DNA from: Azolla caroliniana
Taxonomy: Eukaryota > Plantae > Polypodiophyta
Length of the DNA stretch: 64,000 nt
Assembly: GCA_043228905.1 (NCBI GenBank)
Contig: JBHGNT010000043.1
Span: 1-64,000 of the forward strand
Direction: 5' to 3'
Of this stretch, positions 52,458 to 64,000 are shown in pieces. Made by a program: the position numbers and the translations under genes. Position 1 is the stretch's first letter. Each line of letters starts with the position of its first letter. The notes beneath the pieces are model-generated. The model did no database searches and had not been told where the DNA came from. It saw only the letters and a list, made by a program, of their open reading frames with translations.

Positions 52458-55400
52458 TCACGCGCTCTTCTCAACTCCCTTCTCAAATTTACTAATTTCG
52501 TCATGTATCTCTACCTGAGTTTCAAAATCTTGATTTTTTAATTCCATATCATAGCTAGCGTTGTTAGTTTCGATTTGCATGTTTGAACACAAAAATCCGA
52601 TATCACACGAGCCACGTATGAAAATTTTAATTTGGCTACTAGCTCTTCTCAACCACCTCCTCAAATTTAGTAATTTCGTCATGTCTCTCGACCTGAGTTT
52701 CAAAATCTTGATTTTTTAATTCTATATCATAGCTAGCGTTGTTAGCTTCGATTCGGAGGTTTGAACACTAAAATCCGATATCACACGAGCCACGTATGAA
52801 CATTTTAATTTAGCTACTAGCTCTTCTCAACCACCTCCTCAAATTTGGTAATTTCGTCATGTCTCTCGACCTGAGTTTCAAAATCTTGATTTTTTAAATC
52901 TATATCATAGCTAGCGTTGTTAGCTTCGATTCGGAGGTTTGAACACTAAAATCCGATATCACACGAGCCACATATGAACATTTTAATTTACTCACGCGCT
53001 CTTCTCAACCACCTCCTCAAATTTGGTAATTTCTTCATGTCTCCTGACCTGAGTTTCAAAATCTTGATTTTTTAATTCCATATCATAGGTAGCGTTGTTA
53101 GTTTCGATTCGCATGTTTGAACACAAAAATCCGATATCACACAAGCCAGGTATCAACATTTTAATTTAGCTACTAGCTCTTCTCAACCACCTCCTCAAAT
53201 TTGGTAATTTCGTCATGTCTCTCGACCTGAGTTTCAAAATCTTGATTTTTTAATTCCATATCATAGGTAGCGTTGTTAGTTTCGATTCGCATGTTTGAAC
53301 ACAAAAATCCGATATCACACAAGCCAGGTATCAACATTTTAATTTAGCTACTAGCTCTTCTCAACCACCTCCTCAAATTTGGTAATTTCGTCATGTCTCT
53401 CGACCTGAGTTTCAAAATCTTGATTTTTTAATTCCATATCATAGGTAGCGTTGTTAGTTTCGATTCGCATGTTTGAACACAAAAATCAGATATCACACGA
53501 GCCACATATGAACATTTTAATTTACTCACGCGCTCTTCTCAACTCCCTCCTCAAATTTGGTAATTTCGTCATGTCTCTCGACCTGAGTTTCAAAATCTTG
53601 ATTTTCTAAATCCATATCTTAGCTAGCGTTGTTAGCTTCGATTCGGAGGTTTGAACACTAAAATCCGACATCACACGAGCCACATATGAACATTTTAATT
53701 TACTCACGCGCTCTTCTCAACCACCTCCTCAAATTTGGTAATTTCATCATGTCTCTCGACCTGAGTTTCAAAATCTTGATTTTTTAATTCCATATCATAG
53801 CTAGCGTTGTTAGTTTCGATTTGCATGTTTGAACACAAAAATCCGATATCACACGAGCCACGTATGAACATTTTAATTTACTCACGCGCTCTTCTCAACC
53901 ACCTCCTCAAATTTGGTAATTTCGTCATGTCTCTCAACCTGAGTTTCAAAATCTTGATTTTTTAATTCTATATCATAGCTAGCGTTGTTAGCTTCGATTC
54001 GGAGGTTTGAACACTAAAATCCGATATGACACGAGCCACATATGAACATTTTAATTTACTCACGCGCTCTTCTCAACCACCTCCTCAAATTTGGTAATTT
54101 CGTCATGTCTCTCGACCTGAGTTTCACAATCTTTATTTTTTAATTCCATATCATAGGTAGCGTTGTTAGTTTCGATTCGCATGTTTGAACACAAATATCC
54201 GATATCACACGAGCGAGGTATCAACATTTTAATTTAGCTACTAGCTCTTCTCAACCACCTCCTCAAATTTGGTAATTTCGTCATGTCTCTCGACCTGAGT
54301 TTCAAAATCTTGAATTTTTAAATCCATATCATAGCTAGCGTTGTTAGCTTCGATTCGGAGGTTTGAACACTAAAATCCGACATCACACGAGCCACATATG
54401 AACATTTTAATTTACTCACGCGCTCTTCTCAACCACCTCCTCAAATTTGGTAATTTCGTCATGTCTCTCGACCTGAGTTTCACAATCTTGATTTTTTAAT
54501 TCCATATCATAGCTAGCGTTGTTAGTTTCGATTTGCTTGTTTGAACACAAAAATCCGATATCACACGAGCCACGTATGAACATTTTAATTTAGCTACTAG
54601 CTCTTCTCAACCACCTCCTCAAATTTGGTAATTTTTTCATGTCTCTTGACCTGAGTTTCAAAATCTTGGTTTTTTAATTCTATATCATAGCTAGCGTTGT
54701 TAGCTTCGATTCGCATGTTTGAACACAAAAATCCGATATCACACGAGCCACGTATGAACATTTTAATTTACTCACGCGCTCTTCTCAACTCCCTCCTCAA
54801 ATTTGCTAATTTCGTCATGTATCTCTACCTGAGTTTCAAAATCTTGATTTTTTAATTCCATATCATAGCTAGCGTTGTTAGTTTCGATTTGCATGTTTGA
54901 ACACAAAAATCCGATATCACACGAGCCACGTATGAAAATTTTAATTTGGCTACTAGCTCTTCTCAACCACCTCCTCAAATTTAGTAATTTCGTCATGTCT
55001 CTCGACCTGAGTTTCAAAATCTTGATTTTTTAATTCTATATCATAGCTAGCGTTGTTAGCTTCGATTCGGAGGTTTGAACACTAAAATCCGATATCACAC
55101 GAGCCACGTATGGACATTTTAATTTAGCTACTAGCTCTTCTCAACCACCTCCTCAAATTTGGTAATTTCGTCATGTCTCTCGACCTGAGTTTCAAAATCT
55201 TGATTTTTTAAATCTATATCATAGCTAGCGTTGTTAGCTTCGATTCGGAGGTTTGAACACTAAAATCCGATATCACACGAGCCACATATGAACATTTTAA
55301 TTTACTCACGCGCTCTTCTCAACCACCTCCTCAAATTTGGTAATTTCTTCATGTCTCCTGACCTGAGTTTCAAAATCTTGATTTTTTAATTCCATATCAT

Positions 55401-58400
55401 AGGTAGCGTTGTTAGTTTCGATTCGCATGTTTGAACACAAAAATCCGATATCACACAAGCCAGGTATCAACATTTTAATTTAGCTACTAGCTCTTCTCAA
55501 CCACCTCCTCAAATTTGGTAATTTCGTCATGTCTCTCGACCTGAGTTTCAAAATCTTGATTTTTTAATTCCATATCATAGGTAGCGTTGTTAGTTTCGAT
55601 TCGCATGTTTGAACACAAAAATCAGATATCACACGAGCCACATATGAACATTTTAATTTACTCACGCGCTCTTCTCAACTCCCTCCTCAAATTTGGTAAT
55701 TTCGTCATGTCTCTCGACCTGAGTTTCAAAATCTTGATTTTCTAAATCCATATCATAGCTAGCGTTGTTAGCTTCGATTCGGAGGTTTGAACACTAAAAT
55801 CCGACATCACACGAGCCACATATGAACATTTTAATTTACTCACGCGCTCTTCTCAACCACCTCCTCAAATTTGGTAATTTCATCATGTCTCTCGACCTGA
55901 GTTTCAAAATCTTGATTTTTTAATTCCATATCATAGCTAGCGTTGTTAGTTTCGATTTGCATGTTTGAACACAAAAATCCGATATCACACGAGCCACGTA
56001 TGAACATTTTAATTTACTCACGCGCTCTTCTCAACCACCTCCTCAAATTTGGTAATTTCGTCATGTCTCTCAACCTGAGTTTCAAAATCTTGATTTTTTA
56101 ATTCTATATCATAGCTAGCGTTGTTAGCTTCGATTCGGAGGTTTGAACACTAAAATCCGATATGACACGAGCCACATATGAACATTTTAATTTACTCACG
56201 CGCTCTTCTCAACCACCTCCTCAAATTTGGTAATTTCGTCATGTCTCTCGACCTGAGTTTCACAATCTTTATTTTTTAATTCCATATCATAGGTAGCGTT
56301 GTTAGTTTCGATTCGCATGTTTGAACACAAATATCCGATATCACACGAGCGAGGTATCAACATTTTAATTTAGCTACTAGCTCTTCTCAACCACCTCCTC
56401 AAATTTGGTAATTTCGTCATGTCTCTCGACCTGAGTTTCAAAATCTTGAATTTTTAAATCCATATCATAGCTAGCGTTGTTAGCTTCGATTCGGAGGTTT
56501 GAACACTAAAATCCGACATCACACGAGCCACATATGAACATTTTAATTTACTCACGCGCTCTTCTCAACCACCTCCTCAAATTTGGTAATTTCGTCATGT
56601 CTCTCGACCTGAGTTTCACAATCTTGATTTTTTAATTCCATATCATAGCTAGCGTTGTTAGTTTCGATTTGCTTGTTTGAACACAAAAATCCGATATCAC
56701 ACGAGCCACGTATGAACATTTTAATTTAGCTACTAGCTCTTCTCAACCACCTCCTCAAATTTGGTAATTTCTTCATGTCTCTTGACCTGAGTTTCAAAAT
56801 CTTGGTTTTTTAATTCTATATCATAGCTAGCGTTGTTAGCTTCGATTCGCATGTTTGAACACAAAAATCCGATATCACACGAGCCACGTATGAACATTTT
56901 AATTTACTCACGCGCTCTTCTCAACTCCCTCCTCAAATTTGCTAATTTCGTCATGTATCTCTACTTGAGTTTCAAAATCTTGATTTTTTAATTCCATATC
57001 ATAGGTAGCGTTGTTAGTTTCGATTTGCATGTTTGAACACAAAAATCCGATATCACACGAGCCACGTATGAAAATTTTAATTTGGCTACTAGCTCTTCTC
57101 AACCACCTCCTCAAATTTGCTAATTTCGTCATGTCTCTCGACCTGAGTTTCAAAATCTTGATTTTTTAAATCCATATCATAGCTAGCGTTGTTAGCTTCG
57201 ATCACCTCCTCAAATTTGGTAATTTCGTCATGTCTCTCGACCTGAGTTTCAAAATCTTGATTTTTTAATTCCATATCATAGCTAGCGTTGTTAGTTTCGA
57301 TTCGCATGTTTGAACACAAAAATCAGATATCACACGAGCCACATATGAACATTTTAATTTGGCTACTAGCTCTTCTCAACCACCTCCTCAAATTTAGTAA
57401 TTTCGTCATGTCTCTCGACCTGAGTTTCAAAATCTTGATTTTCTAATTCTATATCATAGCTAGCGTTGTTAGCTTCGATTCGGAGGTTTGAACACTAAAA
57501 TCCGATATCACACGAGCCACATATGAACATTTTAATTTACTCACGCGCTGTTCTCAACCACCTCCTCAAATTTGGTAATTTCGTCATGTCTCTCGACCTG
57601 AGTTTCAAAATCTTGATTTTTTAATTCCATATCATAGCTAGCGTTGTTAGCTTCGATTCGCATGTTTGAACACAAAATCCGATATCACACGAGCAAGGTA
57701 TGAACATTTTAATTTACTCACGCGCTCCTCTCAACTCCCTCCTCAAATTTGCTAATTTCGTCATGTATCTCTACCTGAGTTTCACAATCTTGATTTTTTA
57801 ATTCCATATCATAGCTAGCGTTGTTAGTTTCGATTTGCTTGTTTGAACACAAAAATCCGATATCACACGAGCCACGTATGAACATTTTAATTTAGCTACT
57901 AGCTCTTCTCAACCACCTCCTCAAATTTGGTAATTTCTTCATGTCTCTTGACCTGAGTTTCAAAATCTTGGTTTTTTAATTCTATATCATAGCTAGCGTT
58001 GTTAGCTTCGATTCGCATGTTTGAACACAAAAATCCGATATCACACGAGCCACGTATGAACATTTTAATTTACTCACGCGCTCTTCTCAACTCCCTCCTC
58101 AAATTTGCTAATTTCGTCATGTATCTCTACTTGAGTTTCAAAATCTTGATTTTTTAATTCCATATCATAGCTAGCGTTGTTAGTTTCGATTTGCATGTTT
58201 GAACACAAAAATCCGATATCACACGAGCCACGTATGAAAATTTTAATTTGGCTACTAGCTCTTCTCAACCACCTCCTCAAATTTGCTAATTTCGTCATGT
58301 CTCTCGACCTGAGTTTCAAAATCTTGATTTTTTAAATCCATATCATAGCTAGCGTTGTTAGCTTCGATCACCTCCTCAAATTTGGTAATTTCGTCATGTC

Positions 58401-61400
58401 TCTCGACCTGAGTTTCAAAATCTTGATTTTTTAATTCCATATCATAGGTAGCGTTGTTAGTTTCGATTCGCATGTTTGAACACAAAAATCAGATATCACA
58501 CGAGCCACATATGAACATTTTAATTTGGCTACTAGCTCTTCTCAACCACCTCCTCAAATTTAGTAATTTCGTCATGTCTCTCGACCTGAGTTTCAAAATC
58601 TTGATTTTCTAATTCTATATCATAGCTAGCGTTGTTAGCTTCGATTCGGAGGTTTGAACACTAAAATCCGATATCACACGAGCCACATATGCACATTTTA
58701 ATTTACTCACGCGCTGTTCTCAACCACCTCCTCAAATTTGGTAATTTCGTCATGTCTCTGGACCTGAGTTTCACAATCTTGATTTTTTAATTCCATATCA
58801 TAGCTCGCGTTGTTAGTTTCGATTTGCTTGTTTGAACACAAAAATCCGATATCACACGAGCCACGTATGAACATTTTAATTTAGCTACTAGCTCTTCTCA
58901 ACCACCTCCTCAAATTTGGTAATTTCTTCATGTCTCTTGACCTGAGTTTCAAAATCTTGGTTTTTTAATTCTATATCATAGCTAGCGTTGTTAGCTTCGA
59001 TTCGCATGTTTGAACACAAAAATCCGATATCACACGAGCCACGTATGAACATTTTAATTTACTCACGCGCTCTTCTCAACTCCCTCCTCAAATTTGCTAA
59101 TTTCGTCATGTATCTCTACCTGAGTTTCAAAATCTTGATTTTTTAATTCCATATCATAGCTAGCGTTGTTAGTTTCGATTTGCATGTTTGAACACAAAAA
59201 TCCGATATCACACGAGCCACGTATGAAAATTTTAATTTGGCTACTAGCTCTTCTCAACCACCTCCTCAAATTTAGTAATTTCGTCATGTCTCTCGACCTG
59301 AGTTTCAAAATCTTGAATTTTTAAATCCATATCATAGCTAGCGTTGTTAGCTTCGATTCGGAGGTTTGAACACTAAAATCCGACATCACACGAGCCACAT
59401 ATGAACATTTTAATTTACTCACGCGCTCTTCTCAACCACCTCCTCAAATTTGGTAATTTCATCATGTCTCTCGACCTGAGTTTCAAAATCTTGATTTTTT
59501 AATTCCATATCATAGCTACCGTTGTTAGTTTCGATTTGCATGTTTGAACACAAAAATCCGATATCACACGAGCCACGTATGAACATTTTAATTTACTCAC
59601 GCGCTCTTCTCAACCACCTCCTCAAATTTGGTAATTTCGTCATGTCTCTCAACCTGAGTTTCAAAATCTTGATTTTTTAATTCTATATCATAGCTAGCGT
59701 TGTTAGCTTCGATTCGGAGGTTTGAACACTAAAATCCGATATGACACGAGCCACATATGAACATTTTAATTTACTCACGCGCTCTTCTCAACCACCTCCT
59801 CAAATTTGGTAATTTCGTCATGTCTCTCGACCTGAGTTTCACAATCTTTATTTTTTAATTCCATATCATAGGTAGCGTTGTTAGTTTCGATTCGCATGTT
59901 TGAACACAAATATCCGATATCACACGAGCGAGGTATCAACATTTTAATTTAGCTACTAGCTCTTCTCAACCACCTCCTCAAATTTGGTAATTTCGTCATG
60001 TCTCTCGACCTGAGTTTCAAAATCTTGAATTTTTAAATCCATATCATAGCTAGCGTTGTTAGCTTCGATTCGGAGGTTTGAACACTAAAATCCGACATCA
60101 CACGAGCCACATATGAACATTTTAATTTACTCACGCGCTCTTCTCAACCACCTCCTCACATTTGGTAATTTCGTCATGTCTCTCGACCTGAGTTTCACAA
60201 TCTTGATTTTTTAATTCCATATCATAGCTAGCGTTGTTAGTTTCGATTTGCTTGTTTGAACACAAAAATCCGATATCACACGAGCCACGTATGAACATTT
60301 TAATTTAGCTACTAGCTCTTCTCAACCACCTCCTCAAATTTGGTAATTTTTTCATGTCTCTTGACCTGAGTTTCAAAATCTTGGTTTTTTAATTCTATAT
60401 CATAGCTAGCGTTGTTAGCTTCGATTCGCATGTTTGAACACAAAAATCCGATATCACACGAGCCACGTATGAACATTTTAATTTACTCACGCGCTCTTCT
60501 CAACTCCCTCCTCAAATTTGCTAATTTCGTCATGTATCTCTACCTGAGTTTCAAAATCTTGATTTTTTAATTCCATATCATAGGTAGCGTTGTTAGTTTC
60601 GATTTGCATGTTTGAACACAAAAATCCGATATCACACGAGCCACGTATGAAAATTTTAATTTGGCTACTAGCTCTTCTCAACCACCTCCTCAAATTTAGT
60701 AATTTCGTCATGTCTCTCGACCTGAGTTTCAAAATCTTGATTTTTTAATTCTATATCATAGCTAGCGTTGTTAGCTTCGATTCGGAGGTTTGAACACTAA
60801 AATCCGATATCACACGAGCCACGTATGGACATTTTAATTTAGCTACTAGCTCTTCTCAACCACCTCCTCAAATTTGGTAATTTCGTCATGTCTCTCGACC
60901 TGAGTTTCAAAATCTTGATTTTTTAAATCTATATCATAGCTAGCGTTGTTAGCTTCGATTCGGAGGTTTGAACACTAAAATCCGATATCACACGAGCCAC
61001 ATATGAACATTTTAATTTACTCACGCGCTCTTCTCAACCACCTCCTCAAATTTGGTAATTTCTTCATGTCTCCTGACCTGAGTTTCAAAATCTTGATTTT
61101 TTAATTCCATATCATAGGTAGCGTTGTTAGTTTCGATTCGCATGTTTGAACACAAAAATCCGATATCACACAAGCCAGGTATCAACATTTTAATTTAGCT
61201 ACTAGCTCTTCTCAACCACCTCCTCAAATTTGGTAATTTCGTCATGTCTCTCGACCTGAGTTTCAAAATCTTGATTTTTTAATTCCATATCATAGGTAGC
61301 GTTGTTAGTTTCGATTCGCATGTTTGAACACAAAAATCAGATATCACACGAGCCACATATGAACATTTTAATTTACTCACGCGCTCTTCTCAACTCCCTC

Positions 61401-64000
61401 CTCAAATTTGGTAATTTCGTCATGTCTCTCGACCTGAGTTTCAAAATCTTGATTTTCTAAATCCATATCATAGCTAGCGTTGTTAGCTTCGATTCGGAGG
61501 TTTGAACACTAAAATCCGACATCACACGAGCCACATATGAACATTTTAATTTACTCACGCGCTCTTCTCAACCACCTCCTCAAATTTGGTAATTTCATCA
61601 TGTCTCTCGACCTGAGTTTCAAAATCTTGATTTTTTAATTCCATATCATAGCTAGCGTTGTTAGTTTCGATTTGCATGTTTGAACACAAAAATCCGATAT
61701 CACACGAGCCACGTATGAACATTTTAATTTACTCACGCGCTCTTCTCAACCACCTCCTCAAATTTGGTAATTTCGTCATGTCTCTCAACCTGAGTTTCAA
61801 AATCTTGATTTTTTAATTCTATATCATAGCTAGCGTTGTTAGCTTCGATTCGGAGGTTTGAACACTAAAATCCGATATGACACGAGCCACATATGAACAT
61901 TTTAATTTACTCACGCGCTCTTCTCAACCACCTCCTCAAATTTGGTAATTTCGTCATGTCTCTCGACCTGAGTTTCACAATCTTTATTTTTTAATTCCAT
62001 ATCATAGGTAGCGTTGTTAGTTTCGATTCGCATGTTTGAACACAAATATCCGATATCACACGAGCGAGGTATCAACATTTTAATTTAGCTACTAGCTCTT
62101 CTCAACCACCTCCTCAAATTTGGTAATTTCGTCATGTCTCTCGACCTGAGTTTCAAAATCTTGAATTTTTAAATCCATATCATAGCTAGCGTTGTTAGCT
62201 TCGATTCGGAGGTTTGAACACTAAAATCCGACATCACACGAGCCACATATGAACATTTTAATTTACTCACGCGCTCTTCTCAACCACCTCCTCAAATTTG
62301 GTAATTTCGTCATGTCTCTCGACCTGAGTTTCACAATCTTGATTTTTTAATTCCATATCATAGCTAGCGTTGTTAGTTTCGATTTGCTTGTTTGAACACA
62401 AAAATCCGATATCACACGAGCCACGTATGAACATTTTAATTTAGCTACTAGCTCTTCTCAACCACCTCCTCAAATTTGGTAATTTTTTCATGTCTCTTGA
62501 CCTGAGTTTCAAAATCTTGGTTTTTTAATTCTATATCATAGCTAGCGTTGTTAGCTTCGATTCGCATGTTTGAACACAAAAATCCGATATCACACGAGCC
62601 ACGTATGAACATTTTAATTTACTCACGCGCTCTTCTCAACTCCCTCCTCAAATTTGCTAATTTCGTCATGTATCTCTACCTGAGTTTCAAAATCTTGATT
62701 TTTTAATTCCATATCATAGCTAGCGTTGTTAGTTTCGATTTGCATGTTTGAACACAAAAATCCGATATCACACGAGCCACGTATGAAAATTTTAATTTGG
62801 CTACTAGCTCTTCTCAACCACCTCCTCAAATTTAGTAATTTCGTCATGTCTCTCGACCTGAGTTTCAAAATCTTGATTTTTTAATTCTATATCATAGCTA
62901 GCGTTGTTAGCTTCGATTCGGAGGTTTGAACACTAAAATCCGATATCACACGAGCCACGTATGGACATTTTAATTTAGCTACTAGCTCTTCTCAACCACC
63001 TCCTCAAATTTGGTAATTTCGTCATGTCTCTCGACCTGAGTTTCAAAATCTTGATTTTTTAAATCTATATCATAGCTAGCGTTGTTAGCTTCGATTCGGA
63101 GGTTTGAACACTAAAATCCGATATCACACGAGCCACATATGAACATTTTAATTTACTCACGCGCTCTTCTACACCACCTCCTCAAATTTGGTAATTTCTT
63201 CATGTCTCCTGACCTGAGTTTCAAAATCTTGATTTTTTAATTCCATATCATAGGTAGCGTTGTTAGTTTCGATTCGCATGTTTGAACACAAAAATCCGAT
63301 ATCACACAAGCCAGGTATCAACATTTTAATTTAGCTACTAGCTCTTCTCAACCACCTCCTCAAATTTGGTAATTTCGTCATGTCTCTCGACCTGAGTTTC
63401 AAAATCTTGATTTTTTAATTCCATATCATAGGTAGCGTTGTTAGTTTCGATTCGCATGTTTGAACACAAAAATCAGATATCACACGAGCCACATATGAAC
63501 ATTTTAATTTACTCACGCGCTCTTCTCAACTCCCTCCTCAAATTTGGTAATTTCGTCATGTCTCTCGACCTGAGTTTCAAAATCTTGATTTTCTAAATCC
63601 ATATCATAGCTAGCGTTGTTAGCTTTGATTCGGAGGTTTGAACACTAAAATCCGACATCACACGAGCCACATATGAACATTTTAATTTACTCACGCGCTC
63701 TTCTCAACCACCTCCTCAAATTTGGTAATTTCATCATGTCTCTCGACCTGAGTTTCAAAATCTTGATTTTTTAATTCCATATCATAGCTAGCGTTGTTAG
63801 TTTCGATTTGCATGTTTGAACACAAAAATCCGATATCACACGAGCCACGTATGAACATTTTAATTTACTCACGCGCTCTTCTCAACCACCTCCTCAAATT
63901 TGGTAATTTCGTCATGTCTCTCAACCTGAGTTTCAAAATCTTGATTTTTTAATTCTATATCATAGCTAGCGTTGTTAGCTTCGATTCGGAGGTTTGAACA
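52458..64000. repeat. 12-monomer HOR domain (2136 bp), interrupted at about 56.9-59.4 kb
   Basis: The tttcAtcatg marker is at 53746, 55882, 59461, 61597 and 63733, giving offsets of 2136, 3579, 2136 and 2136. ORFs 54772/56908 and 60487/62623 are offset by 2136. Confidence 0.92.
56600..58750. repeat. 7-monomer duplication (1166 bp) carrying a 79-bp-deleted monomer
   Basis: The junction gcttcgat|cacctcctc occurs at 57202/57203 and 58368/58369. ORF pairs 56908/58074 and 57089/58255 are offset by 1166. The outer boundaries are approximate. Confidence 0.88.

Larger units (their letters stand above)
1..64000. repeat. Tandem satellite array, 178-bp monomer, about 360 copies, probably centromeric or pericentromeric
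   Basis: AAATTTG(G/C)TAATTTC recurs at 1, 179, 357 and onward to the window end. Consensus: aaatttggtaatttcgtcatgtctctcgacctgagtttcaaaatcttgattttttaattccatatcatagctagcgttgttag(c/t)ttcgatt(c/t)gcatgtttgaacacaaaaatccgatatcacacgagccacgtatgaacattttaattta(gctacta/ctcacgc)gctcttctcaaccacctcctc. The repeat is directly visible. The centromeric location is inference only. Confidence 0.99.

Noticed and set aside
57089-58485. ORFs with an internal peptide duplication (NNASYDM...QDFETQVERHDEI twice)
   Set aside because: This follows directly from the 99-bp truncated monomer being a multiple of 3.
330-62868. 27 similar minus-strand ORFs of 68-81 aa (MKLRSR...EEVVEKSA), resembling a tandem peptide gene family
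   Set aside because: Each is a read-through of about 1.2-1.4 satellite monomers. Because 178 is not a multiple of 3, the same DNA is read in different frames within one ORF. ORFs appear only where a SNP (e.g. ttGgct, aaCttt) removes a stop. There is no recognisable domain and no unique flanking sequence.
1-64000. CRISPR-like or other repeat-spacer array
   Set aside because: There are no unique spacers. The full 178 bp is repeated with only substitutions, and there are no cas or other genes.
1-64000. 5S rDNA, tRNA or snRNA tandem gene array
   Set aside because: I recognise no 5S, tRNA or snRNA sequence and no convincing Pol III A/B/C boxes on either strand. An Rfam search would confirm this.
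1-64000. Identity with Arabidopsis CEN178 or Brassica CentBr
   Set aside because: The length is similar, but I see none of the sequence I recall for those repeats, including their HindIII (AAGCTT) site. This comparison is from memory, not a search.
1-64000. Retrotransposon insertion, telomeric repeats or strand inversion
   Set aside because: None seen. Every segment read aligns to the monomer in the same orientation.
1-64000. Order of box alleles as an information-bearing code or programmed variation system
   Set aside because: The order is explained by block duplications of monomers, and no recombinase, reverse transcriptase or expression locus is present in the window.

Overview
The whole 64 kb window is one uninterrupted, head-to-tail satellite DNA array. 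It has about 360 copies of a 178-bp monomer (about 35% GC by hand count of copy 1), all in the same orientation. I see no genes, transposon insertions, RNA genes or CRISPR array. The short minus-strand ORFs are by-products of the repeat. Monomer length and homogeneity fit a eukaryotic centromeric or pericentromeric satellite, but I cannot name the family or species. It does not match Arabidopsis CEN178 or Brassica CentBr as I remember them. The informative structure is in the variants. There are four sub-domains with their own diagnostic monomers, and local higher-order repeats (HORs) of 2, 3/6, 4, 5, 6, 7, 11, 12, 14 and 15 monomers. A multi-site dimorphic box occurs in every monomer, and four types of rearrangement scar are visible, two of them with microhomology or templated-insertion signatures. 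I found no evidence of a new protein-coding system. All offsets were read by eye or taken from the ORF track and should be confirmed with a dot plot.
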